DNA of 64,000 nt, taken from assembly GCA_964549615.1 (NCBI GenBank), contig CAZJVP010000081.1, forward strand, positions 1 to 64,000, given 5' to 3'. Positions 29,641-39,731 of this stretch are shown one piece after another (positions within the stretch are counted from its first letter, which is position 1; every line of letters begins with the position of its first letter). The stretch is from an uncultured Thermococci archaeon (GTDB lineage Archaea > CAYQAE01 > CAYVLA01). Made by a program: the position numbers and the translations under genes. A model generated the notes under the pieces. The model saw only the letters and a list, made by a program, of their open reading frames with translations, was not told where the DNA came from and did not search any database.

Positions 29641-31499
29641 CCCTCGAAGTGCACGGTGACGTGGTAGACGTCGCCCTCCACCGTGTACTCGAGCCTGTGC
29701 CCCAGCTTCTTGAAGACGCGCATCATCGGCGCGTTCTCCGTCAGGACCCACGCAGTGAAACCCTTCAGGCCTTTGGCAATTGCCACCTCGATCAAACGTT
29801 CCAGGAGCTTGGTCCCCAGGCCCCTGTTCTGCCAGTCATCCCTGACGACGATGGCCACCTCCGCCATCTCGGTATTGGGTATCCGTACGTAGCTGCCCAT
29901 TGCCACGATGTTCTCCATTCCGTCCTGGACCACGGTCGCGACTATGTTCATCTCGTTCTCGTAGTCGATTGCCACATAGGGCCAAACGCGCCTCAGCGGC
30001 ATGGCCTTCAGATTGCCGAGGTAGCGCCTCGTCACAGCTTCCTTGGAGAGGGCATAGAAGAGATGTTGCTTCATGGTGGCATCCGAGGGGCGAATGGGGC
30101 GCAAAAGAACCTTGCTCCCGTCGCCCAGGACGACCCACTTCTCAAGTTCCGCGGGGTACTCGATCGGCGGAAAAGGAAGGACCTCTTCAGGGAGATACTT
30201 GTGATCCTTGGCCCACTGTAGCAGCTCGTTTCTGAATTTGGGGTGGGCAATGTTGATCAGCGCCAGCGCCCTCTCCCGTATCGTCTTTCCTCTCAAGCAT
30301 GTCGAGCCGTACTCCGTCACGACATAGTCCGAGTCCCCCCTTGTGAGCACGACGCCAGCCCCCTCGCTGAGAAGCGCGCGTATCCTCGAGATCGTGCCCT
30401 CCTTCGCCGTGGAGGGCATAACGGTCAATGCCTTCCCCCCCTTCGCCAAACGTGCGCCCCGCATGAAGTCAGCCTGCCCGCCCAACCCGCTGTAGAAACG
30501 ATATCCCAGCGAGTCCGAACATACCTGGCCCGTAAGGTCGACCTCGAGTGCCTGGTTTATCGCGACCATCTTCTCGTGCTGCGATATCACGAATGGGTCA
30601 TTAACGTAGCTTGATTCATAGAACTCCACCATCGGGTTGTTGTCGATGAAATCGTAAAGCCGCCTAGTACCCATGGCGAAGGAGGCGATGATCTTACCCT
30701 TGTTCAGGGTCTTCTTGGCGCAGGTCACCGCCCCACACTCCACAAGATCCACAACGCCCTCCGTCAGAAGCTCCGTGTGAATGCCAAGGTCCTTCTTCTC
30801 CTTCAATGAATCCAGAACTGCATCCGGGACGCTACCGATCCCGATCTGCAGCGTGGACTCATCATCGACGAGTTCCGAGACATACCTCGCTATCCTCTCA
30901 GACACGATGTCCTGTTCGGGCCTCGGCGACTCGAGGATCGGCTCATCGTACTCGACGACGACATCTATGTCGTTGACGTGGATGAAACTATCGCCCAGCA
31001 CCCGGGGCATGTACTTGTTCACCTGCGCAATCACCAGCTTCGCCCGCTCGGAGGCCGTCTTGGTCATTTCCACGGACACGCCGAGGCTGCAGAAACCGTG
31101 TTCGTCCGGAGGCGTCACCTGTATCAGGGCCACATCGACCGGCACCAAACCCCTTTCAACTAACCCCGGAAGATCGGACAGGAAAACCGGAGTGTAGTCG
31201 GCTCTGCCCTCCGAGACCGCTTCGCGTGTGTTCACCCCCACGAAGAAGGCGTTGAGCCTGAACCTGCCCGCGTACCTGGGATTCGCATAAGGTGCCACGC
31301 CCAGCGTGTGCACGTGCAGTATCTCGTTGTCGGATAGGTGGCTACCCAGCTCGACCAACCCATTGACGAGATATTGCGGCTCCCCGCACGCCGAGCCGAT
31401 GAAGATGTGATTGCCGGTCTTGATCAGGGAGAGCGCTTCCTGGAGGCTTGACTTCTTGTCCTCATAGGACCTGCTACGAAGGTTTCTCTCAGGGGTCAA
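29637..31499 (-). CDS. Acetyl-CoA hydrolase/transferase fused to a C-terminal GNAT acetyltransferase
   Basis: TLQIGIGSVPDA, catalytic HTE, AINQALEVDLTGQ, GLGGQADF, YVVTEYG, IAHPKFR; then VLLRPIRPSD..AEVAIVVRDDWQNRGLGT..N..M. Confidence 0.9.
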   Translation of the reverse strand: MTPERNLRSRSYEDKKSSLQEALSLIKTGNHIFIGSACGEPQYLVNGLVELGSHLSDNEILHVHTLGVAPYANPRYAGRFRLNAFFVGVNTREAVSEGRADYTPVFLSDLPGLVERGLVPVDVALIQVTPPDEHGFCSLGVSVEMTKTASERAKLVIAQVNKYMPRVLGDSFIHVNDIDVVVEYDEPILESPRPEQDIVSERIARYVSELVDDESTLQIGIGSVPDAVLDSLKEKKDLGIHTELLTEGVVDLVECGAVTCAKKTLNKGKIIASFAMGTRRLYDFIDNNPMVEFYESSYVNDPFVISQHEKMVAINQALEVDLTGQVCSDSLGYRFYSGLGGQADFMRGARLAKGGKALTVMPSTAKEGTISRIRALLSEGAGVVLTRGDSDYVVTEYGSTCLRGKTIRERALALINIAHPKFRNELLQWAKDHKYLPEEVLPFPPIEYPAELEKWVVLGDGSKVLLRPIRPSDATMKQHLFYALSKEAVTRRYLGNLKAMPLRRVWPYVAIDYENEMNIVATVVQDGMENIVAMGSYVRIPNTEMAEVAIVVRDDWQNRGLGTKLLERLIEVAIAKGLKGFTAWVLTENAPMMRVFKKLGHRLEYTVEGDVYHVTVHFEG

Positions 31500-31703
31500 C
31501 TTCGCACCCGCCCGTCACTGAGTCGAGCTTGCAGCATATTACTTTGTTTCCTTTTTTCTTTTCCAAAACGGCCGCGCGCTCTTCACGCTCTGCCTTCTCA
31601 GGGCAGGATCTGCGCCGGAAAGAATTTTATCCGTTAGGCTTGTCACCGAGTGGGATGTTCAACCCGGGGCGACTCGGATGGGTGTCCCGCGAGAGGGGAC
31701 AGG

Positions 31704-33830
31704 ATGAAACTTGAGAGCCTGTTCGCGCCGAAATCCGTCGCCCTGATCGGCGCGAGCCGGGATCCAAACAAGGTTGGCCACAGGATCCTAAAGAACATCA
31801 TTGACGGCGGGTTCGAGGGTGAGATCTACCCCATCAACCCTGAGGCGCAGGAGCTACTTGGTCGAAAGTGCTACGCGAACATAGGTGATGTTCCTGGTAC
31901 TGTGGACCTAGCGATCATTTGCGTCCCAGCCCGGGTCGTTCCCTCGGTGGTTGAGGGATGCGGCAGGAAAGGCGTGAAATCGCTCATCGTCATATCCGCC
32001 GGCTTCAGCGAGACGGGCAGGGATGGCACAACCCTCGAGAGGCAACTCGTCCAACTCTGCCGTAATTACGGCATGCGAATGCAAGGGCCCAACTGCCTAG
32101 GTTTGGTTAGCGTCCGCGGCAAGCTGAATGCCTCCTTCGCCTCCACGAATCCGCCGGCGGGGAACGTGGCCTTCATATCGCAAAGCGGGGCGCTGGGAAG
32201 CACGATCCTGAACTGGGCCGCGCAGCACGATGCGGGATTCACCGCGTTCGTGAGTCTGGGAAACGAGGCCGACCTCGACGCTGCGGACTTCATCGAGGCC
32301 ATGGCAGAGGACGAGAAGACCAATGTCATCGCCCTCTACATAGAGGGCGTCAAGGACGGCGAGCGCTTCGTGAAGATCGCCAGCGGGATGACGCAGAGGA
32401 AGCCGGTCGTAGCTCTCAAGGCCGGCACGACCGACGTTGGCATAAGGGCAGTCTCGTCCCATACGGGCTCGCTTGCCGGATCCGATGCAGCGTTTACCGC
32501 AGCATTTAGGAAGGCGGGCATCCTGCGCGTCAATACCCTGGACGAGCTGTTCAACCTGATACTCGCCTTCGAGGCCCAACCGCTGCCTGCGGGCAGGAAC
32601 GTCGTGATAGTCACCAACGGGGGAGGACCTGGAATCCTCGCGGCAGATGCGTGCGAGAAGATGGGTCTGGAGCTACCGCTCCTGGAGCGCCCATTGCTCG
32701 AGAATATGGAAGCACAACTACCTCCACAGGCAAGCATACATAACCCCATCGACGTCCTGGGGGACGCCGACGAGAAACGGTACGGGCTTGCGTTGGAGGC
32801 TGCCCTAGCAAGCAAGAACGCGGATGCCATAATCGTGGTCCTGACACCCCAAGCGATGACTCCGCAAGAGAAGATCGCGGAGGCCGTCGTCCAAGCGTCC
32901 AAGAGGTCGCGGGGCAAGCCCATCCTGGCGGTTTTCATGGGGCTGGATGACCGCTCCGCTGCGATCCAGGGCTTGAGGAAGAACAACGTGCCCAACTACA
33001 ACTACCCGGAGCAGGCCGCAGCCGTGTTGGGGTCGATGTGCGCATATGCAGAGATGCGCGCAAGGATTCGGGAAGAGCCTCCGCGATTTTTGGATGTCGA
33101 TGACAGACTTGCCAGACAACTGATCGCGAGCGTGAGGAAGGAGGGCAGGGTAAACCTCACCACGGAGGAATCCATGAAGCTTGTGAGCATGTATCGAATT
33201 CCAGTCCCCATGGCCGCACTGGCCCGAAGCCGCGAAGAGGCCGCACGAATCGCCGACAGTATAGGATATCCGATCGTGCTGAAGATCGTCTCGCCCGAGA
33301 TAGTTCACAAGACCGACCTAGGCGGCGTTGTGCTCGACATAAGGAACCGCGAGGAACTCGAGAGGAACTACGACCTGGTCCTCCAGAGGATGAGCGTCGC
33401 GATGCCCGAGGCTACCATACGCGGAGTCCTCGTACAGAGGATGTACCCGTCGGCAAGGGAGGTTATAATCGGGGGGATTCGGGATCCCCAGTTCGGTCCC
33501 TTGTTCATGTTCGGCCTGGGGGGGATCTACGTGAATTTCCTTCGTGACGTGTCCTACGGCCTCTCGCCCCTGACCAGGACGGAAGCTATCAGAATGATTC
33601 AGGAGACCAAGGCGTATGCGCTCCTGAGGGGAGTCAGGGGGCAGCCTCCATCCGACATCGAGTCGGTGGTCGACGTCATGCTCAGGCTTTCGAACCTGAT
33701 GACAAGCATCGAGGACGTAGTGGAAATGGAGATAAACCCGCTCTTCGCATACGAGAAGGGATGCTTGGCGGTTGATGTCAGGGTGACGATTTCACGCAAG
33801 GACGCGAAGGGAGGAGAGGAAGGAGGATGA
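31704..33830 (+). CDS. acd: Acetate--CoA ligase (ADP-forming), fused alpha/beta
   Basis: PKSVALIGAS, GPNCLG, SQSGA, SLGNEAD, phospho-His SHTGSLAG, TNGGGPG, NPIDVLGDA, beta-His HKTDLGGV, EINPL. Confidence 0.9.
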   Translation: MKLESLFAPKSVALIGASRDPNKVGHRILKNIIDGGFEGEIYPINPEAQELLGRKCYANIGDVPGTVDLAIICVPARVVPSVVEGCGRKGVKSLIVISAGFSETGRDGTTLERQLVQLCRNYGMRMQGPNCLGLVSVRGKLNASFASTNPPAGNVAFISQSGALGSTILNWAAQHDAGFTAFVSLGNEADLDAADFIEAMAEDEKTNVIALYIEGVKDGERFVKIASGMTQRKPVVALKAGTTDVGIRAVSSHTGSLAGSDAAFTAAFRKAGILRVNTLDELFNLILAFEAQPLPAGRNVVIVTNGGGPGILAADACEKMGLELPLLERPLLENMEAQLPPQASIHNPIDVLGDADEKRYGLALEAALASKNADAIIVVLTPQAMTPQEKIAEAVVQASKRSRGKPILAVFMGLDDRSAAIQGLRKNNVPNYNYPEQAAAVLGSMCAYAEMRARIREEPPRFLDVDDRLARQLIASVRKEGRVNLTTEESMKLVSMYRIPVPMAALARSREEAARIADSIGYPIVLKIVSPEIVHKTDLGGVVLDIRNREELERNYDLVLQRMSVAMPEATIRGVLVQRMYPSAREVIIGGIRDPQFGPLFMFGLGGIYVNFLRDVSYGLSPLTRTEAIRMIQETKAYALLRGVRGQPPSDIESVVDVMLRLSNLMTSIEDVVEMEINPLFAYEKGCLAVDVRVTISRKDAKGGEEGG

Positions 33831-34888
33831 AGAGCATCTACGTGATCTCCACTGGAACGCTGGCCGGGAAGAGCCTTACGGTGCTTTTCCTTGCCTTGAA
33901 AGCAAGGTCCAACGGTAAGAAGGTCGGCTACTTCAAACCCATAGGCATAGGGTCATCGCTGGACGCACGAGGCAACCTGGTTGACGAGGACGCCGAAACG
34001 ATGAGGAAGATCCTGGATTTGGAGGAGAGACCCGAACTTATCTGCCCCGTCACGATACCGAGAGGGGAGTTTCTGGAGAAATACCCCGCCACGGCTGCCC
34101 GCGACTTGGCGGAGAGAATCATGGCCTCTTACAAGGCGCTGTGTGAAGGGAAGGATCTCGTATTCATCGAGGGGCCCGACCGGCTGTGGACCGGATCCTT
34201 CGCCGGCCTGCCAGCCCCTAGGGTTGCAGCCATGCTTGGTGCCGGCATGCTCTTGGTCTCGCCCTGCCAAGACGACCCCGCCGTGGACGACTTGATTCAC
34301 GCGCACGACTACTGCGAGCAGAACGGAGCCATCGTCACCGGGGCTTTGCTGACGCGCATGTCTCCCGAGAGGATGGAAACGACGAAGAGGGTCATCGTTC
34401 CGTTCCTAGAAGCCCGAGGCGTAAGGGTGCTCGGCACGGTCCCGGAGGAACGAAAGCTTGCCGCGCTGACGGTGAGGGACATCCACGAGGCCATCGACGG
34501 AAAGGTCCTCGCTGGCAAGGACGGAATGGATAAGATGATTCAGAACTACCTCGTGGGCGCGATGACGATGGAAAGTGCGATGAAGTACTTCAGAAGGGCA
34601 GAGGACGAACTGGTGATAACCGGCGGCGACCGGACCGACATAATACTTGCCGCTATGGAGGCCGGGGCAGCCGCGATCGTTCTAACCGGCAATCTCCATC
34701 CCAGCATCAAGATCCTGCCCCGGGCGGACGACATGGCGATACCGATCATACTCGTTCCGCACGACACCTTCACCACGCTTGCACTGGTTCAGAAGACCAT
34801 CGGAAAGATCAAGCCGGGAGATGAGAGGCGGATCGCGTTAGCGACGGACCTTTTCGAGCGCAACGTGAGATGGAACGAGATACTTTGA
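33827..34888 (+). CDS. Phosphotransacetylase-family N-terminal protein (BioD-like P-loop + DRTGG)
   Basis: AGKS, GYFKPIG, VFIEG, LVGAM, LVITGGDRTD; 4-nt overlap with acd. Confidence 0.85.
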   Translation: MKSIYVISTGTLAGKSLTVLFLALKARSNGKKVGYFKPIGIGSSLDARGNLVDEDAETMRKILDLEERPELICPVTIPRGEFLEKYPATAARDLAERIMASYKALCEGKDLVFIEGPDRLWTGSFAGLPAPRVAAMLGAGMLLVSPCQDDPAVDDLIHAHDYCEQNGAIVTGALLTRMSPERMETTKRVIVPFLEARGVRVLGTVPEERKLAALTVRDIHEAIDGKVLAGKDGMDKMIQNYLVGAMTMESAMKYFRRAEDELVITGGDRTDIILAAMEAGAAAIVLTGNLHPSIKILPRADDMAIPIILVPHDTFTTLALVQKTIGKIKPGDERRIALATDLFERNVRWNEIL

Positions 34889-35028
34889 AGCAGGTCCCAC
34901 GCGGGTCCACCGGCTGCTGGCACCCTTGGCCCCATGGTCCGGACAATCGAAGTGAGTCCAAGCAGAAGGGTCGGCGGCCAGTAAGGTGTGGCAATATTTA
35001 TCATACGGGGAGGGACGCGACGAGACCC

Positions 35029-35994
35029 ATGGAGATCAAGGAGATCACCCTAAAGGAGCTGAGGCCCAAGCAGTTCATCTCCGAGAAAGTCGAGGAAATC
35101 AGATCGATCGTCGGCAACGCCTCGGCGATCAACGCGCTGTCCGGCGGCGTCGATTCGTCTGTCGTGACCATGCTTGGGCACAAGGCACTGGGAGACAGGC
35201 TCCACACATACTTCATCGACTCCGGCCTCATGCGTCAGGATGAACCTGAAAGGGTCGTGCGACTCTTCTCCCGTCTTGGCGTGAAGGTCCAGCTGGTGGA
35301 TGCGAGCAGTGACTTCTTCGAAGCGCTCAAAGGGCTGACCGACCCGGAGCAGAAGAGGGAAGCCATAACGCAGACGTTCTACAGAAAAGTCTTCGGGCGG
35401 ATCGTCAGGGAGAGCGGATCGCGCTTTCTGCTTCAGGGAACGAACTACACGGATGTGGAGGAAACCGTTGCCGGCATCAAACGCCAGCACAACATTCTCG
35501 CTCAACTCGGGATCGACACGGAGAGGGAATACGGATACACCGTCGTCGAACCGCTGATCCAGCTCAGGAAGACCGCGGTCAGAAGGATTGCTAGATCGCT
35601 TGGACTGCCAGCGGAGATCTACAAGAGGCCGCCTTTTCCCGGGCCAGCGTTGGCTGCGCGAGTGATAGGCGAGGTCACGCCCGAAAGGATCGCGATCGTC
35701 AGGAAAGCCACGAGCATCGTCGAACGCGAGCTCGCACGGACCAAAGCATTCCAGTACCTTGCCATCTTGCACGAAGACAAGGTCACGGGCGTGCGCGGGG
35801 GAAAGAGAGACTTCGGGCTGCAGATCGAGGTGAGATGCTGGAACAGCAGGGATGCCAAGGTCGCATCCCCGACGAATCTGCCCTTCAGGGTTCTTGAGAG
35901 GCTTGCTCACAGGATAACCTCGGAGGTTCCAGGCGTCGTCAGCGTCACGTACAACGTAACCAGGAAGCCGCCCTCGACCATAGAAGCGGTGTAA
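35029..35994 (+). CDS. guaAB: GMP synthase ATP pyrophosphatase subunit B-like
   Basis: PP-loop ALSGGVDSSV, DSGLMR, DPEQKR, LLQGT..D, PFPGPALA.R, C-terminal SVTYNVTRKPPSTIE; TATA TATTTAT at 34995-35001. Confidence 0.82.
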   Translation: MEIKEITLKELRPKQFISEKVEEIRSIVGNASAINALSGGVDSSVVTMLGHKALGDRLHTYFIDSGLMRQDEPERVVRLFSRLGVKVQLVDASSDFFEALKGLTDPEQKREAITQTFYRKVFGRIVRESGSRFLLQGTNYTDVEETVAGIKRQHNILAQLGIDTEREYGYTVVEPLIQLRKTAVRRIARSLGLPAEIYKRPPFPGPALAARVIGEVTPERIAIVRKATSIVERELARTKAFQYLAILHEDKVTGVRGGKRDFGLQIEVRCWNSRDAKVASPTNLPFRVLERLAHRITSEVPGVVSVTYNVTRKPPSTIEAV

Positions 35995-36202
35995 CGGCGG
36001 TCCTGGTTCTTGACACGGTCGATGCTCCAGGCCGGCGGATGGGAATGGATGACGCGAAGAACGACGCTCCCTTTTGCTCAGGTCCCGGACGGTGGAGTGC
36101 GATGTGCGCCGCCCACGGATGATCCGGCGTAAAGCCGAGTTGCAGGCAACCCGACAAGTCAGTGGTAAGAACATCTTTCAGCCACATCGGGACGCCGCGT
36201 CC

Positions 36203-38152
36203 GTGCCACGCAAGAAGCCGCTACCGAGGAAGTACGCGTTCTTCGGACTGCACTTCGACCTTCACCCCAGGAAGGACGATACGCAGCTCGGGGAGCACCT
36301 GACCGAGGACATGGTCACCAACCTGCTAGAGAAAGTAAAGCCGGACTATGTTCAGTACGACTGCAAGGGCCACGCCGGGTACGCAGGGTATCCGACCAAG
36401 GTCGGTTTCCCGTCCCCCGGAATAGTCAAGGACTCGTTGGCGATATGGCGGAAAGCGACCAGAAAGTTTGGCGTCGGTCTTTATGTCCACTACTCCGGGG
36501 TCTGGGATTCGGCAGCGATCGAAAACCATCCAGACTGGGCACGGATCGATGCGGATGGGAACCCAGATAAGGACTCGACCAGCACCTTTGGGCCCTACTG
36601 CGAAAGGTTGCTCATACCGCAGCTGAAGGAAGCCATCGACGCCTACGATCTCGACGGCGTATGGGTCGATGGAGATTGCTGGGCTGTCAAGCCAGACTTC
36701 AGTCCGACCGCGGTGGAGGCTTTCACCCAAGCGACCGGCATCGAGGCGATCCCGCGAAAGGCTGGGGACCCGCACTGGAAGGAGTTCCTAGAGTTCCAGA
36801 GAGAGGCCTTTAGGCAGTACGTGAGAAGGTACGTCCAAGCCCTTCACCAACACAAGCCGGGTTTCCAAGTCGCAAGCAACTGGATGTTCTCCAGCTTTGC
36901 CCCCGAGCCGATCACCATCCCAGTGGACTACATCTCCGGTGATTACTCGGCCGGGGACTCTGTGAATACCGCGCGCCTCGAGGCACGGTACATGGCCTCG
37001 ACGGGAATGCCGTGGGACCTAATGGCATGGGGATTCAACAGGGGCAGGGATTCCGGCTGGTCGCTGAAGACGGCGATCCAGCTCAAACAGGAGGCCTCCG
37101 TTGTCCTATCCCAGGGCGGAGGCTTCCAGATCTATTACAACCCCACCCGGGCCGGCTGGATCGATGGCTGGATGATCAAGATCATGGCCGAGGTCGCACG
37201 ATTCTGCAGAGAGCGCCAAGCGTTTTCGCACAGGACGCGGACGGTGCCTCAGGTCGCGTTGCTCCTTTCCGAGACGAGCATCCACGACAAGACGGATCGG
37301 CTCTTCGGTGGCTGGGGCGATCTTACGAGGCCGGTTGAGGGAATGCTGCACGCTCTCCTCGAGCTGCACTATTCCGTCGACATACAGGCGGAACACCAGC
37401 TTGCAGCTGCCCTTGGGAGGTATCCGCTCATCGTGATCCCGGAGTGCCACCTCATTCCTGACGATCTTCGTGAGGCCCTGATCCGGCGCGCGCAGCGTGG
37501 CGGGTCGCTCTTGCTCGTCGGAGCCGAGGCGGCACGCGCATTCGGGGACGTTCTGGGCGTGAAGATGGCCGGAGAGCCCGCGAATGCACAGGCGATGTAT
37601 CTGCAAGGCGGAGACGATCTCGCCTGGCTGGGCGGGACGTGGCAGGAGGTCGAGCCGACGACAGCCCAATGGGTCGGGAGGGCCTACAGGTCCTCCGATA
37701 CGAGACAGGACCCGTCGTGTGCTGCAACCGTCGGGCGACTTGGAAAGGGAATGGTGGGAGCGATATATGGGCCGTTCGGGACCGTCTTCCGTGGCTTCCA
37801 TAATCCCGTGGCCAGACGATTCCTCGGAGACATAATGAAACGGCTCTTTCCCAGACCTGCGTTGACTGTGGAGGCACCGCCATGCGTGGATGTGGCCTTG
37901 AGGAAGAAACGCGGCGATTTGCTCGTCCAGATGGTCAATGCCTCGGGAATGCAGGTCGCCTCGGACTACCCGATAATAGACTACATACCGCCCGTGTCGA
38001 ACCTAGTCATTGAGCTTGCGATTGGCAAAAGGCCTTCACGCGTGTGTCTTGAGCCAGGGCATGAAAGCGTCCGGGCGAACTGGTCGCGCGGGCGACTTCG
38101 CGTCAGAGTCCGGTCGCTGGATATACACTCGATCCTAGTTGTCTCTACGTAG
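36203..38152 (+). CDS. GHL6/alpha-L-fucosidase-like glycoside hydrolase with GH42-type trimerisation domain
   Basis: LHFDLH, QYDCKGHAGY..YPT, HPDW, YDLDGVWVDG; second domain VALLLSE..ALLELHY..D..LIVIPE..GGSLLL.G. Start inferred. Confidence 0.7.
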   Translation: MPRKKPLPRKYAFFGLHFDLHPRKDDTQLGEHLTEDMVTNLLEKVKPDYVQYDCKGHAGYAGYPTKVGFPSPGIVKDSLAIWRKATRKFGVGLYVHYSGVWDSAAIENHPDWARIDADGNPDKDSTSTFGPYCERLLIPQLKEAIDAYDLDGVWVDGDCWAVKPDFSPTAVEAFTQATGIEAIPRKAGDPHWKEFLEFQREAFRQYVRRYVQALHQHKPGFQVASNWMFSSFAPEPITIPVDYISGDYSAGDSVNTARLEARYMASTGMPWDLMAWGFNRGRDSGWSLKTAIQLKQEASVVLSQGGGFQIYYNPTRAGWIDGWMIKIMAEVARFCRERQAFSHRTRTVPQVALLLSETSIHDKTDRLFGGWGDLTRPVEGMLHALLELHYSVDIQAEHQLAAALGRYPLIVIPECHLIPDDLREALIRRAQRGGSLLLVGAEAARAFGDVLGVKMAGEPANAQAMYLQGGDDLAWLGGTWQEVEPTTAQWVGRAYRSSDTRQDPSCAATVGRLGKGMVGAIYGPFGTVFRGFHNPVARRFLGDIMKRLFPRPALTVEAPPCVDVALRKKRGDLLVQMVNASGMQVASDYPIIDYIPPVSNLVIELAIGKRPSRVCLEPGHESVRANWSRGRLRVRVRSLDIHSILVVST

Positions 38153-38293
38153 GCATCAAGAGCCGTCCATGCGCCGGGATTCGCGAACGAAGAAGACTCC
38201 GGCGCGACTACGACAAGGATGCCTCCCAGCCAAGGCCGCCGCCATGGGGAAAAACGGTTAAGATGTCACCGGTTCCGAAGGGCGGCGGTGCAG

Positions 38294-39550
38294 ATGAGGT
38301 CGTGGCTCGTTCGACTAGCTGTGGCAGTGGTCCTGTCGATGAGCGCCGAAGCCAGCGTGGGTGCCGATCCAGTGAGGATCCTGGGCATGGGCACCCTACT
38401 TCCGGCGGACACCCCCGTCTACCACTGGTGCAGCGATGATCCGCTCATGGCCCTGACCATCATTCCCACCAGGCTAGGGGCGATAAGCTACGAGCCCGAG
38501 GATGCGAAGAGGCTGATAAGGCTGTACTTCCCCAGGAAGCTAGACAGATCGACGGTCGATCTCCTCCTCTTCTCAGCTGGAGACGTCGTGCATTTCACGA
38601 GTTCCCAGATCGCCGCCATGACCTCGAGCGTCAAACAAGGTGTTGCCGCGATGGCAGACTGCGGGGGCACGAGCGCGATCCTTCAGTACATAGAGTCGTG
38701 GGTTGCCTCTGGGATCGACGAGATCTTCCCCAACGACGTTTCTGCGGTGCTTTCCGCGCGCTACGGGTTCTTCACGGGCACCTACCCCGGGTATTTCCTC
38801 AGGGGCATCCCGTACACCCTGAGAATACGAGAGGACGTTCCAAACAATCCTTTTTCCCCGTTCCTCGCAGTCGGGATCGAGCGCGTCCACGGGTTCGCAC
38901 CCAGGAACGTTATCCCCAAGCCCGGCTCCGCGATCCTGGCCGACATGATTGGAGAGCAGGGCTTCCTGAAGGACGGGCCGCCATTTTCAGTTGCGTGGAT
39001 GTACGAAGATGGTCGAACCCTCGTCGTCTCTGAGTGGTTGGGTCACCCCTTCTGGGGAGACTACGCCTCCGACATACACCAGTCGGAGAACCGCTACGGC
39101 CATGAGATGTTCCTCAACCTCGTACTCTACCTCGTCGGAAGGCCCATCTCGCAGGACATCGTCGAGATGCATCGCGCAAACCGGGATAGGGAGGAGATGC
39201 GGTTCTTGAGGGACAACGTCCTCTCCGCAATCGATTTCGCGGCCAACTTCGGGGCCAACGTCCGGATGGCCGAGAACGAACTCGCCGACGTGGACGGGCT
39301 GATGAAGGAGGCAGATGCTTTGTATCTGGAGGGCGAGTTCGGCCGAAGCTCGGAGACCGTCAGTTCGTGCATCGACAGACTGCGAGGTCTTTTCGAAAAG
39401 TCGCTTTCGCTGAAGGATAGGGCCCTCGCATCTCTCTACATGTCCGAATGGCTCGCGATCACGGGCACGCTTGTGATCTGCGGTCTGGTGTTGTACGAGA
39501 TGATGGTGAGAAGAAGGATCTACAAAGTGGTCCAGACGACGAGGACCTAG
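38294..39550 (+). CDS. Membrane-anchored surface protein, paralogue 6 of 6
   Basis: Signal MRSWLVRLAVAVVLSMSAEA; DDPLM..RLIRLYFPR; FGAN; KDRALASLYMSEWLAITGT..GLVLYEMMVRRRIYKVVQTT. Confidence 0.8.
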   Translation: MRSWLVRLAVAVVLSMSAEASVGADPVRILGMGTLLPADTPVYHWCSDDPLMALTIIPTRLGAISYEPEDAKRLIRLYFPRKLDRSTVDLLLFSAGDVVHFTSSQIAAMTSSVKQGVAAMADCGGTSAILQYIESWVASGIDEIFPNDVSAVLSARYGFFTGTYPGYFLRGIPYTLRIREDVPNNPFSPFLAVGIERVHGFAPRNVIPKPGSAILADMIGEQGFLKDGPPFSVAWMYEDGRTLVVSEWLGHPFWGDYASDIHQSENRYGHEMFLNLVLYLVGRPISQDIVEMHRANRDREEMRFLRDNVLSAIDFAANFGANVRMAENELADVDGLMKEADALYLEGEFGRSSETVSSCIDRLRGLFEKSLSLKDRALASLYMSEWLAITGTLVICGLVLYEMMVRRRIYKVVQTTRT

Positions 39551-39731
39551 CTCGTGTAGGCTGGGCCCAACGCCCCGGTGGGCCTTGGACCGTCCAGCAG
39601 GGAGCTCCCATGGCCCGGCCCAAAAAAGCAACCGCGGGGACCCAAGGCTTGATCGGCAGCGTGGCAATAGCGCGCAATGAAGGACCGGTACTGGACACAC
39701 TTTTCTTCTCGCTTGGCGAGACTGGGCCGGT

